Below, one piece after another: positions 16,235 to 26,170 of a DNA stretch of 64,000 nt. The notes beneath the pieces were generated by a model. It was not told where the DNA came from, ran no database searches, and saw only the letters and a list, made by a program, of their open reading frames with translations. Each line of letters begins with the position of its first letter. Position 1 is the stretch's first letter. Made by a program: the position numbers and the translations under genes. The DNA lies in the NCBI GenBank assembly GCA_016194445.1, contig JACQBP010000010.1, positions 75-64,074 of the forward strand. The letters are read 5' to 3'. The stretch comes from Candidatus Liptonbacteria bacterium (GTDB lineage: Bacteria > Patescibacteriota > Minisyncoccia > UBA6257 > 2-01-FULL-56-20).

Positions 16235-17634
16235 TTTTTCTTTTAGGTATTTTTGGCGCTTCGAGCGGGTGGAGTTTTTATTGGGTTTTTTTATTGGCCG
16301 GAGTTGGCGCTTTGATTTTTTGGCGGTTTAGAAAAGAAAAGAAAGGGGCATTACTAGTGGTTGGGACTTTGGTTGGTCTTGGCCTCGGATTTTTTTACTA
16401 CAGTTTTTATATTAATTTCACCGAGCGGAACCAAAACATTGTTTTGGACCGGAAAATTAATTTTGCGGGTGTGGTTACGAAAACCGAGATGCGGGACACT
16501 TATCAAAAATTAATTTTAGAACTTACGCCGCCTGATCGGGGGACGGTGATGGTCTTAGCTAAGCCAGCGCCAAACTTTGAGTACGGCGATCTTCTTAGGA
16601 TGGAAGGGGAAATTAGGGCGAGTCAGTTTGTCAATCAACCGCCCACGGTCGCTTTCCCAAAAATTGAAGTCGAAGCTAAAGATCAAGGGTTTTGGTTAAA
16701 AGCTGAACTTTATAAATTTAAAAACCATTTGACCGCTCAATTTAAGAAATATCTGAACGCTGACCAGGCGGCGCTCGTTTCGGGGATTACTTTCGGCGAG
16801 CGAGCTGAATTTAACAAAGATTTGAAAAACGATATGGCTCGAAGCGGAGTGACTCACATTGTGGCCTTGTCGGGCTACAACATCGCTGTTTTAGTTTTGG
16901 CCATTGAGCGGTCTTTGAAGAAACTGATGGCTCGCCGAAAGAGATTTTATTTGACGCTCGCGATTATCTTCCTTTTCGTCCTAATGGTGGGTGGTGAGGC
17001 ATCGGTCGTGCGGGCGGCAATTATGGGCGCGCTCATTCTCCTCGCCCAACATATCGGCCGACCGCACGATGCGTTGCATATTATAATGCTCACGGCTCTC
17101 GGGATGGTTTTAGTGAATCCCACTCTTCTCGCGTACGACATCGGTTTTCAGCTTTCATTTTTGAGTTTACTCGGGATTATTTTTCTGGAGCCGGCTCTCC
17201 GAAGAATTTTTAAAGTTGAAACTAAAAAAGGGGAAAGCTTTTTGGCTTGGAGGGAAAATGGCCTCACAACTATGGCCGCGCAACTGGCTGTGATTCCCGT
17301 TTTGATCCACAGCTTCAATCAGTTTTCCTTGACGGCGGTGGTTTCAAACGCTTTGATTTTGGTGACGGTGCCTTTGGCCATGTTTTTGGGGTTTCTGCTC
17401 GTAACCCTAAGTTCCATTTCTTTTTTCCTCGGCTTTTTGGCGGCAAAACTGGTAAGCATTTTGGCTTTCTATCAAATTTCCATCATCAAGATATTTTCGG
17501 TAATTTATATACCTCTGCCCGGCGGCCAATTTTTAAATAGTGGAATTGTTTTTGTAGTTTACTATGCCTTACTGATTTGGCTGGTCTTGTTGAAACAAGA
17601 AAAGGTCCCGACATTTAAAAAAATAAACCGATGA
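16198..17634 (+). CDS. comEC: competence protein ComEC/Rec2 (membrane channel part)
   Basis: Polytopic membrane protein with the Competence-domain motif GVTHIVALSGYNIAVLV. Confidence 0.75.
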   Translation: MAIRQKVLFWGLIFLLGIFGASSGWSFYWVFLLAGVGALIFWRFRKEKKGALLVVGTLVGLGLGFFYYSFYINFTERNQNIVLDRKINFAGVVTKTEMRDTYQKLILELTPPDRGTVMVLAKPAPNFEYGDLLRMEGEIRASQFVNQPPTVAFPKIEVEAKDQGFWLKAELYKFKNHLTAQFKKYLNADQAALVSGITFGERAEFNKDLKNDMARSGVTHIVALSGYNIAVLVLAIERSLKKLMARRKRFYLTLAIIFLFVLMVGGEASVVRAAIMGALILLAQHIGRPHDALHIIMLTALGMVLVNPTLLAYDIGFQLSFLSLLGIIFLEPALRRIFKVETKKGESFLAWRENGLTTMAAQLAVIPVLIHSFNQFSLTAVVSNALILVTVPLAMFLGFLLVTLSSISFFLGFLAAKLVSILAFYQISIIKIFSVIYIPLPGGQFLNSGIVFVVYYALLIWLVLLKQEKVPTFKKINR

Positions 17635-18479
17635 AAAATTTGAGTTGGATCATCGTTTTGGCCCTCATTGGTCTTAATTTGTTAACTTGGCGCGAAATAG
17701 TTTTTTCGAGTCAGGCCGGACCGGCTAAATTTTATTTTCTCCAAATCGGCCAGGGCGATTCAACTTTGGTCGAGTTACCCACCGGAGCGCAGATTTTAAC
17801 CGATGCCGGGCCGACGAAAAAAGTGGTTGACGAGTTGCAAAAGGTGATGGCTGGATCTGATCGCTATATAGACTTAGTGGTGGTTTCGCATCCGCAACTG
17901 GACCACTTCAACGGTTTTAACGATGTTTTAGATCGTTATCAAATCGGCGCTTTTATTTTTAACGGGCGGGAATCGGAACTGCCGGAATGGAAAGGTTTGA
18001 TGGCTAAAGTTAAAGAGAAAAAAATTCCGCTCGTCACACTCGCGGAGGGCGATCGAATAAAAAATGGCGGAAATGTGATTGACTTTATTTCACCGACTAA
18101 AGATTTTATTCAAAGCGCGGAGTTAAACGACACTGGCCTGGTTGAACTTATAAAAACAGAAAAAATGAGAATGCTTTTGACCGCAGACATCGGCGCGAAC
18201 GTGGAAAAATATCTGGTCGAAAAATTCGGCGGGCAGTTGGCGGCCGATATTTTGAAAGTACCTCACCACGGTTCGAAGTATTCCTCAAGCGAAGAATTTT
18301 TAAAAGCGATTCAGCCGAAGGTGGCCGTAATTGAGGTGGGTCAAAATAAGTATGGTCATCCAACCAAAGAAGCGTTGGACCGTTTGGAAGGGGTGGGCGC
18401 TAAAATTTTCCGCACAGATAGAAATGGAACTGTCACGATCACCACTTTCGGAGACAAAATGGAGGTTTTTGAGAATTAA
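17631..18479 (+). CDS. ComEC-type metallo-beta-lactamase domain protein. This is the ComEC C-terminal domain encoded as a separate ORF that overlaps the previous ORF by ATGA
   Basis: The sequence FLQIGQGDSTLVELPTG...VVSHPQLDHFNG is typical of the ComEC Lactamase_B domain. Confidence 0.7.
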   Translation: MKNLSWIIVLALIGLNLLTWREIVFSSQAGPAKFYFLQIGQGDSTLVELPTGAQILTDAGPTKKVVDELQKVMAGSDRYIDLVVVSHPQLDHFNGFNDVLDRYQIGAFIFNGRESELPEWKGLMAKVKEKKIPLVTLAEGDRIKNGGNVIDFISPTKDFIQSAELNDTGLVELIKTEKMRMLLTADIGANVEKYLVEKFGGQLAADILKVPHHGSKYSSSEEFLKAIQPKVAVIEVGQNKYGHPTKEALDRLEGVGAKIFRTDRNGTVTITTFGDKMEVFEN

Positions 18480-18732
18480 CCCCAGCACCGCAAGTGCGAC
18501 GTCGCGAACTTTTCAGGACACGTTATTCTAAAACTAATAAGCGTGAGTCATCTAGGCACATTAAGTAAAAGGAATAGAAAATAATCGCACTTGGGGTACT
18601 GAGTGAGGCGAATCCGCTTTCCGTGTCAGACCGCGGACTGGTTTGGGCTTTTTTTGACGCTGATTTTTTGGGGTGGAGTGTGCCTCGGTACTAATTAAAA
18701 ATAGTTTTGGGGTGTGTTATAATAATTCTAGA

Positions 18733-20238
18733 ATGACTTTGCTGATTCGGAACGTCAATATTTTAGGGAGTGATCAGAAATTGCCCGAGAAACTAGATGT
18801 TTTTGTAAGCGGAGATAGAATTACCGCTCTTGGGCGCTTTCCAGGGAAGAAGGCGGATGAGGTGATTGAAGGGCAGGGATGTTACTTAGCGCCCGGATTT
18901 ATTGATATTCAGACCGCCTCGGATCATTACTTGAGTATTTTTACGAATCCAGCGCAAGAGGATTTTATTAAACAAGGGGTGACTACGATTGCCGGAGGAT
19001 TTTGCGGGGCATCGCTCGCGCCGCTTATTTACGGAAGTTTGGAGTCGGTGGAGGAATGGACCACCACCAAGCAGATTAACGTGGATTGGCACAGTGTCGG
19101 CGAGTTTTTGACGGTTCTCACCAAAAGGCGGCTGGGAGTGAACTTTTTGACGTTAGTGGGCCACGCGACGGTGCGGCAGGCCATTATTTCCGGTCCGCCA
19201 CGAAATTTAACGAAAAACGAACTTGCGATTTTTGAGGAAATTTTAAAAAAATCGCTCAAAGAAGGCGCGTTCGGACTTTCAACGGGGTTGGGTTATGTGG
19301 CGAGCCGAGAGACACCTTATCAAGAATTAAAAGCATTAGGTTCAATTACGCGAGACGCTGGCGGTTTTTACGCCACGCATCTTAGAGATGAAACGGATGA
19401 TCTGCAAGCTTCAGTTGAGGAGACGATAAAATTAACGACGGAAATAAAATCCAGAACGATGATAAGTCACCTTTTGCCAGTCGAAGGTTACGAAAGGAAT
19501 TATGAAGCTGCCTTGCGAGTGATGAATGATTTGCCAGAAGAAGTGGATCTTCATTTTAGCCTCTACCCGTCTTCCGTTCGGATTTTAAAACTTTACGCTT
19601 TTTTGCCGAAGTGGGCGCAGAAAGACGATTTTGAAGTGATGAGATTAAGTTTGAGGGATGAATGGCTGCGGTCGAAGATGGTGAAAGATTTGCCAAAAGT
19701 GGATCCAAAAAACTTTGTCGTGGCACAGGCGCCGGGTAACGACAGTCTGGTCGGGTATTCGTTGGCGGATTTGAAAAAAGTTTATTCACTTAAAACTTGC
19801 GAAGAGACATTAATGAAACTGATGCTGACCACGAATCTTTACGCCACGGTTTTTTATAAGAGTATCGCCCACAATTTGATTCGACAGGCGCTTCAAAGTT
19901 CTCGGTCACTAGTAGCTTCAAACGCCGCGAGTTTTCGAGGGAATACTCGAGTCAAGGTTTTAAAACCGGAGCGGGCGACCGCGACATTTACAAAATTCCT
20001 GAAATTGGTGCAGGAGGAAAAAATTTTGACGCTTGAGGCCGCCATCCAAAAAATCACGGCGGAGCCAGCTAGAAAAATCGGTTTAATCAAGCGCGGGGTG
20101 ATTAAGGACGGTTATTTTGCTGATCTGACGGGCTTTAAGGGTGATCAGATATTGTTTGTCGTCGTGAATGGGCGAGTGGCTTTTCGAGACGGTAATGTCA
20201 CAGAGGTTTTGGGAGGACAAGTTTTGAGAAAAAGTTGA
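18733..20238 (+). CDS. amidohydrolase-family protein (D-aminoacylase-like) with a divergent metal-binding motif
   Basis: The N-terminus (IRNVNILG...VIEGQGCYLAPGFIDIQTASDHY) matches the D-aminoacylase/amidohydrolase fold, but the usual HxH after GFID is replaced by QTASD. The start was taken at MTLLIRN. Confidence 0.55.
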   Translation: MTLLIRNVNILGSDQKLPEKLDVFVSGDRITALGRFPGKKADEVIEGQGCYLAPGFIDIQTASDHYLSIFTNPAQEDFIKQGVTTIAGGFCGASLAPLIYGSLESVEEWTTTKQINVDWHSVGEFLTVLTKRRLGVNFLTLVGHATVRQAIISGPPRNLTKNELAIFEEILKKSLKEGAFGLSTGLGYVASRETPYQELKALGSITRDAGGFYATHLRDETDDLQASVEETIKLTTEIKSRTMISHLLPVEGYERNYEAALRVMNDLPEEVDLHFSLYPSSVRILKLYAFLPKWAQKDDFEVMRLSLRDEWLRSKMVKDLPKVDPKNFVVAQAPGNDSLVGYSLADLKKVYSLKTCEETLMKLMLTTNLYATVFYKSIAHNLIRQALQSSRSLVASNAASFRGNTRVKVLKPERATATFTKFLKLVQEEKILTLEAAIQKITAEPARKIGLIKRGVIKDGYFADLTGFKGDQILFVVVNGRVAFRDGNVTEVLGGQVLRKS

Positions 20239-20297
20239 TCTAAATAGGTTAAGAAGTGAAGCTTCGGCCGCGCAGGTTTTAAATCACACTTAAGCAA

Positions 20298-21410
20298 ATG
20301 TTGGGCGTTAAAACGAAGACTGGTCACAGCCCCGACTACCTGCTCTTGGCAGTGATTTTTATTTTAACGATTTTCGGTTTAGTGATGCTTTCAAGCGCTT
20401 CTTCTGAACTGGGTAAAATCCGTTTTAACGACAGCTATTATTATTTAAAGCACCAAGTTATAAGCGGTCTTTTGATAGGTCTCATTGGTTTTTTCGTGGC
20501 CTATAAATTTTATTATCCGAACTACAAAAAATTGGCTTTGCCCTTGCTAATTATTTCACTGGGACTTTTAACTTTGGTTTTTACTAAACTGGGAGTGACG
20601 GCGGGTGGGGCAACGAGATGGATTAGACTTGGGCCGACGGCATTTCAGCCGGCCGAGCTTTTAAAAATCACCTTTATTCTTTATTTGGCGGCTTGGCTCA
20701 GCAACGCCAAAATTCAGAGAGGGAAAAGTTTGGCGCAAGGTTTTTTACCGTTTTTAATTGTTTCGGGGGTGATGGCAGTTTTACTCATTCTCCAACCGGC
20801 GACGAGTATGGTGGTGCTTTTGATCACGGCGGGTTTGGTGGTTTATTTTTTAAGCGGGGCAAAATTGAAATATTTAGGATTCCTCGGATTAATCGGAGTG
20901 GTGGCTTTGAGTATTATCATCTACTTAACTCCTTATCGCTTCGAGCGAGTCGCGACTTTTTTAAAATCCGGGCGGGATACCCGAGGCGCCGGGTATCACC
21001 TGAACGAAGCGCTGATTGCCATCGGTTCGGGAGGACTAACGGGAGTTGGTTTTGGGGATTCGCGAACGAAAACTAATTACTTGCCGGCACCGATTGATGA
21101 TTCGATTTTTGCGGTTGCGGCGGAAGAATTGGGTTTTATTGGAGCGGGTAGTTTGATTGTGGTTTTTGGTTTTTTTGTTTTTAGATTATTCTGGATATCG
21201 AGAAAAATCCGGGATCAATTCGGACGATTGCTTTTAATTGGATTTGCCTCAATCATCGCCATTCAATCGCTCGTGAATATCGCGGCCATCTCGGGAATTT
21301 TGCCACTGACCGGACTGCCGCTGCCTTTTGTTAGTTACGGGGGGACGGCTTTGGCGATTTTCTTGACTATGAGCGGAATCGCCGCTAACGTTTCGAAATA
21401 CACTTCATAA
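20298..21410 (+). CDS. ftsW: SEDS-family peptidoglycan glycosyltransferase FtsW/RodA
   Basis: Ten TM helices and the conserved C-terminal PLPFVSYGGTALAIF. It lies next to murG. Confidence 0.8.
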   Translation: MLGVKTKTGHSPDYLLLAVIFILTIFGLVMLSSASSELGKIRFNDSYYYLKHQVISGLLIGLIGFFVAYKFYYPNYKKLALPLLIISLGLLTLVFTKLGVTAGGATRWIRLGPTAFQPAELLKITFILYLAAWLSNAKIQRGKSLAQGFLPFLIVSGVMAVLLILQPATSMVVLLITAGLVVYFLSGAKLKYLGFLGLIGVVALSIIIYLTPYRFERVATFLKSGRDTRGAGYHLNEALIAIGSGGLTGVGFGDSRTKTNYLPAPIDDSIFAVAAEELGFIGAGSLIVVFGFFVFRLFWISRKIRDQFGRLLLIGFASIIAIQSLVNIAAISGILPLTGLPLPFVSYGGTALAIFLTMSGIAANVSKYTS

Positions 21411-21514
21411 ATTAAAATTATGGATAAGCCCCGCACAACAAATGCGATCAATACCTTATACTTATCTTCTATAACTTTAAAACGTTAAAGCTTATCACTT
21501 AAGTAAATAAAACT

Positions 21515-22684
21515 ATGACCAATGAAACTTCTCAATCGCATGTGTTGTCACGGGGCAAGCGGGTTATTTTACTCACAGGCGGGGGCAGCGGGGGACACAT
21601 TTACCCTTTGAGCGCGGTAACTGAACAGTTTAAGAAACTGATTTCGAATCACCTGATTTATTATTTAGGGCCAGTGGATGTTTTTAGCGTGACTTTAGCG
21701 ACTCATTACGGAGTCAAGATGCGAAAAATCGCGACGGCTAAGCTCGACCGGTTTTTATCTTTCCGAAACATTTTCTTGCTGCCAAAGTTTTTTTGGAGTT
21801 TGCTCCAAGCTTTATTTAAAGTTTTTTGGATCATGCCGGAGGTGATTTTTTCTAAAGGTGGCCCGGGGGCTTTGCCGGTAGTTTTAGCGGGATGGTTTTA
21901 TCGAATTCCGATTGTGATTCATGAATCAGACGCTCTGCCGGGGCTCACCAATCTCATTTCGGCTAGATTCGCCAAAAAAATCGCTTTGAGTTTTGAAGGA
22001 TCAGCGGGATATTTTGATCCCAAGAAAACTTTTGTGACGGGTAATCCAGTGCGGGAAGAACTTTTGGGTACCCGATATTCGAGCGAGGTGGCTAAGGACG
22101 AACTACATTTCAATATGCAGATTCCCTTAACTTTAGTTTTGGGCGGCTCGCAGGGGTCAAAGCGAATAAACGAATTTATTTTAGCCAATTTAGGAAAGTT
22201 ACTCAAAGAAACTCAAATTTTGCATCAGACTGGGTCGGCGAATTATCTTGAAGTTAAAAATCTTTCCCGGGCGGCGATTTTGGAGTTGCCGCTTAAGGAG
22301 GAGTTGGAACATCGATATCAGGCGGTGCCTTATTTAGATGAAGACATGAAGGCAGCATTGCTCGCAGCCGATTTAGTGGTGGCGAGAGCGGGGAGCGGGA
22401 CGATTTTTGAAATTGCCGCTTTTGGCAAACCGGCGATTTTGATTCCGCTTAAGGAGTCGGCGAATGACCACCAAAGGGCTAACGCGTTTGAGTTTGCTCG
22501 GGCGGGTGGGGGAGTGGTGATCGAAGAAGAAAATCTACTCCCAGGAATTTTTACGAGTCGACTCCACGAGATTTTGGGGAACCAAAATGAAAGAGAAAAA
22601 ATGGCCGAAGCGGCGGTAAAATTTTTCCAGCCGGGAGCGGCGGAAGCTATCGCTCGGGAGGTTTTAAAATTAGCTGGTGCCTAG
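21515..22684 (+). CDS. murG: UDP-GlcNAc:undecaprenyl-PP-MurNAc-pentapeptide GlcNAc transferase
   Basis: GGGSGGHIYP N-terminal motif and GGSQGS. The ORF length matches MurG. Confidence 0.85.
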   Translation: MTNETSQSHVLSRGKRVILLTGGGSGGHIYPLSAVTEQFKKLISNHLIYYLGPVDVFSVTLATHYGVKMRKIATAKLDRFLSFRNIFLLPKFFWSLLQALFKVFWIMPEVIFSKGGPGALPVVLAGWFYRIPIVIHESDALPGLTNLISARFAKKIALSFEGSAGYFDPKKTFVTGNPVREELLGTRYSSEVAKDELHFNMQIPLTLVLGGSQGSKRINEFILANLGKLLKETQILHQTGSANYLEVKNLSRAAILELPLKEELEHRYQAVPYLDEDMKAALLAADLVVARAGSGTIFEIAAFGKPAILIPLKESANDHQRANAFEFARAGGGVVIEEENLLPGIFTSRLHEILGNQNEREKMAEAAVKFFQPGAAEAIAREVLKLAGA

Positions 22685-22733
22685 GTTACATTTTGGACTT
22701 CAAAATCGGGGCAAAAAATGCTAGGATTTTTGG

Positions 22734-24278
22734 ATGACTCCCCATCCTAAAAAGACGGTTAGGGTGCGATTGGCGCCATCACCGACCGGGCCGTTGCATT
22801 TGGGTACCGCTAGGACAGGCCTTTTTAACTGGCTTTTTGCCCGCCAGCAGGGAGGTAAATTTATATTAAGAATTGAGGATACGGACCAAGAGCGATCGGA
22901 AAAAAGATACGAAGAGGGGATTATGGAGGGACTCCTGTGGCTCGGGTTAGACTGGGATGAGGGACCAAGGTTCACGAAGCATGAATCACGCAGCATGAAT
23001 CATGAGTACATTGGAGATTATGGGCCTTATCGACAGAGTGAGCGAACAGAAATTTATAAAAAATATCTTCAAAAACTTTTGGATGATGGTCGGGCCTATT
23101 ATTGCTATTGCACCAAAGAAGAACTCGAAGCCCAGCGACAAGCGATGATGGCGGAAGGTTTGCCGCCGAAATATAGCGGACATTGTCGCAATCATCCCGA
23201 GCCCAAAGGAAAACTTCCGCAGGTGATTCGTTTTTTGACGCCGGAGACCAGAATTGAATTTACCGATCTAGTGCGAGGTAAAGTTTCTTTCGAGAGTTCG
23301 CTTTTTGGAGATATGGTGGTGGCGAAGAATTTGGAGACGCCACTTTATAATTTTGCGGCCGTGATCGACGACGAAGAAATGAAGATCAGCCACGTGATCA
23401 GGGGCGAGGATCATCTTTCGAATACCCCGAAGCAAATACTTTTGGCCAAAGCTTTAGGGTTTGAACCGCCGGTTTTTGGCCACTTGCCGCTGATTTTAGC
23501 GGCGGATCGTAGCAAACTTTCTAAGCGTTACGCCGACACCTCGCTTTTGGATTATCGAGAGAAAGGTTATTTGCCGGAGGCGGTTGTGAATTTTATGGTG
23601 CTTTTGGGTTGGCATCCTAAGAGTTCACCCTCCCAAATTTTGTCCGACAAAACCCGGGAGAGCGAGCAGGAAGTTTTTTCACGTGAGGAGCTCTTAAAAG
23701 AATTTGACCTTGGGCGAGTTCAAAAAGCGGGAGCGGTTTTTAGCCAAAGCAAATTGGATTGGTTAAACGGTGAGCATATCAAGAGTATGGAGCCAAAAAA
23801 ACTTTACGCTTACCTTAAACCACAACTAGAGGCGAGCGGCATTGAGGCGCCGCCAGAATTTCTCGAGAAAGTGATTGCGGCAGAGCGAGAGAGATTGAAA
23901 ACACTCAATGATTTTTTGACTGCGGCCGGGTTTTTCTTTGAGTTGCCGGATTATGAGAATAAGCTTTTAAAGTGGAAAGATGAAACTTTACCGGAGGTGA
24001 AGATGAATTTAACTAAGGTTCTTGAGGTGATCGAGAAAGTATCGGCGGCTAATTTTGAGCAAGAAAAAATTCGAGACGCGCTTTTGCCGCTCTCGGAACT
24101 AGGGGACAGAGGTTTATTTTTTTGGCCTTTTCGAGTGGCGCTTTCTGGTCGAGCGGCTTCGCCGGATCCACTTTTGATCGCGGAAGTTTTGGGTAAGGAG
24201 GAAACCATTCGGCGTCTCAATTTAGCGATCGAGAAAATTGAAGGAGTCAGAGAAAATTACTATGAGCAAACTGGCTAG
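22734..24278 (+). CDS. gltX: glutamyl-tRNA synthetase
   Basis: RLAPSPTGPLHLGTART...RIEDTD class I motifs, a KLSKR motif, and a Cys cluster in the catalytic domain. Confidence 0.9.
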   Translation: MTPHPKKTVRVRLAPSPTGPLHLGTARTGLFNWLFARQQGGKFILRIEDTDQERSEKRYEEGIMEGLLWLGLDWDEGPRFTKHESRSMNHEYIGDYGPYRQSERTEIYKKYLQKLLDDGRAYYCYCTKEELEAQRQAMMAEGLPPKYSGHCRNHPEPKGKLPQVIRFLTPETRIEFTDLVRGKVSFESSLFGDMVVAKNLETPLYNFAAVIDDEEMKISHVIRGEDHLSNTPKQILLAKALGFEPPVFGHLPLILAADRSKLSKRYADTSLLDYREKGYLPEAVVNFMVLLGWHPKSSPSQILSDKTRESEQEVFSREELLKEFDLGRVQKAGAVFSQSKLDWLNGEHIKSMEPKKLYAYLKPQLEASGIEAPPEFLEKVIAAERERLKTLNDFLTAAGFFFELPDYENKLLKWKDETLPEVKMNLTKVLEVIEKVSAANFEQEKIRDALLPLSELGDRGLFFWPFRVALSGRAASPDPLLIAEVLGKEETIRRLNLAIEKIEGVRENYYEQTG

Positions 24279-25578
24279 AGGTTTAGCTGTGACCTCGCTT
24301 TTTTTAGTATGGGTCACCCCAACGACTCTCACGCTGGCCCAAACCAGTGGAGACAGGAATGGGACGACACCGAACCAAGTGTTAATCGAAACGCAAGCTT
24401 ATCGCGCCGAAATTGAAAATCGAATTAAAGATCAGAACGCCCAACTCGAAAAGCTGAATCAGCAACTCGAGGAAACCCAGAACAAGTTAAATGGCGCAAG
24501 AAGCGAGCGGATTAGTTTGCAGAAGGACCTCGAAACCATCAAAAACAGCATCACTCAACTCAATTTGAGCATTAAAGGGGATCAAATCAATATCCAAAAG
24601 CTAACCCTTGAGATCGATTCATTGAATTACGACATTCGAGATATTGAAACCGCGACCGAAGATAAACGAGCGTCGGTGGCGGCGGTGCTGCGGGAAATTG
24701 ACCACAACGATCAAGTGAATTTAATGGTGGTGATTTTAAGCGGGAAAAATTTGGCGGAAAGCGTTTCGGAGTTTCAATCTTTGGCGAATACCGGCTCGCA
24801 ACTGGGCGTGGATATTAATAACTTGGAGGTTTTGAAAACCAGCAAGGTCCAAAAAGTGGACGAAGTGAATAACAAAAAGAAAGAGATAAGCTCGAGACAA
24901 AAAGATTTGGAAACAAAGAAACTGATTGTTCAGGATCAACAGGGTGAGAAAGAAACGATTCTAGAGAACACCAAAAATCAGGAAAGCGTTTATCAAAAAG
25001 AGCTCGAAGATCTGCGCAAAAAGCAAGATGAGATTGACGCGCAAATTAGCAAGTACGAAGATGAACTGCGCGCGAAGTTTGACGTGAGTCTTCTGCCAAT
25101 TAAGCGACACGGCGTTTTGGAGTGGCCGATCAAGTTAAAACAGAATGGCGGAATCGGCATTATCACCCAGCACATGGGTGAGATTTCGCGGTTGTATAAA
25201 GGAAGACCGCACAATGGTTTGGACATTGGCGTGCCAGTTGGGACGGCGGTTATGGCCGCGGAAGACGGTAAAGTCGCGGCGGTGGACGATAACGACCGGA
25301 GCCGGTGGCGTAAATATCAGTACGGGAAATACATTTTGATTCAACACGGAAATAATTTGGCGACGCTTTACGCGCACCTTTCAAAACAAGTGGTGACGGT
25401 CGGTCAGGTGGTGAAACGCGGCGATTTGATCGGTTATTCGGGAAACACGGGTTATACCACTGGCGCCCATCTTCACTTTGGCGTTTATTGGGGCGCGAGT
25501 ATCCTCATGAAGGCGGTGCCACCGGCTTTAGGACTGGTGCCGGTCGGAGTGGTTTTGAATCCGGAGGACTATCTTTGA
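24262..25578 (+). CDS. M23 family metallopeptidase with an N-terminal coiled coil (EnvC/LytM-like)
   Basis: C-terminal HNGLDIG...GYSGNTGYTTGAHLHF M23 motifs and a long heptad-rich N-terminal region. The start overlaps the end of gltX. Confidence 0.8.
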   Translation: MSKLARGLAVTSLFLVWVTPTTLTLAQTSGDRNGTTPNQVLIETQAYRAEIENRIKDQNAQLEKLNQQLEETQNKLNGARSERISLQKDLETIKNSITQLNLSIKGDQINIQKLTLEIDSLNYDIRDIETATEDKRASVAAVLREIDHNDQVNLMVVILSGKNLAESVSEFQSLANTGSQLGVDINNLEVLKTSKVQKVDEVNNKKKEISSRQKDLETKKLIVQDQQGEKETILENTKNQESVYQKELEDLRKKQDEIDAQISKYEDELRAKFDVSLLPIKRHGVLEWPIKLKQNGGIGIITQHMGEISRLYKGRPHNGLDIGVPVGTAVMAAEDGKVAAVDDNDRSRWRKYQYGKYILIQHGNNLATLYAHLSKQVVTVGQVVKRGDLIGYSGNTGYTTGAHLHFGVYWGASILMKAVPPALGLVPVGVVLNPEDYL

Positions 25579-25642
25579 GTAGAAAATAGAAAGTAGCAAG
25601 TAGAAAATAGAAAAAAATAGCAAGGGCGAGCATGAAACCCCC

Positions 25643-25688
25643 GAACTAATTGAGGAATAAGCAAGTCTAGAAGAAGTTCCTCAATTAG
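25643..25688 (+). repeat. conserved stem-loop element, copy 1: a 12-bp perfect stem (CTAATTGAGGAA/TTCCTCAATTAG) with a 19-nt loop
   Basis: A near-identical element occurs at 63161-63200. The flank CCCGRACTAA is also conserved. Confidence 0.6.
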
Positions 25689-25742
25689 TACAGGGGAAAC
25701 GTGAAGCTTGGTTCGGGTGATAATTTCGGGTATGATTAGATT

Positions 25743-26114
25743 ATGAACAAGGGTTGGTTTTTCGGTACTCTCACTCTAGGCGTTTTTTTAAATTTTCTTT
25801 TGTTTAATCCAGTCATCGCTCAAAATGATCTCATTCCAGGGTCGCAAAGCCCGAAAGCCACCTTGGATTCAATTTGGGCGCCGGTCATCGGATTTATCAA
25901 CGGCGGGGTGAGGTTGGTAAACGACATCGTCGATCACTTACTGGATTTTAATTGGTTAAGGAGTAAGGTGGTCGGGATTTTTGACTGGATAAGTGATTTA
26001 GTTCAAAGAGTCACTGGGAAGGATTTAGGAGAGATTTTGCGGCTGGCCGGAGGTTTAATCATCAATATTTTTAATTTAGTGATTGTGTTTGCCCGTAAAC
26101 TTTGGCCTTTTTGA
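25743..26114 (+). CDS. small secreted hypothetical protein
   Basis: 123-aa ORF with a signal-peptide-like N-terminus. A TATGAT -10 lies 6 nt upstream of the ATG, implying a leaderless start. Confidence 0.45.
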   Translation: MNKGWFFGTLTLGVFLNFLLFNPVIAQNDLIPGSQSPKATLDSIWAPVIGFINGGVRLVNDIVDHLLDFNWLRSKVVGIFDWISDLVQRVTGKDLGEILRLAGGLIINIFNLVIVFARKLWPF

Positions 26115-26170
26115 AGAGTAGTCGCGAATAATTCACACCTCTAGTTAGTTGTTTGTGTTACAATTAAGTT

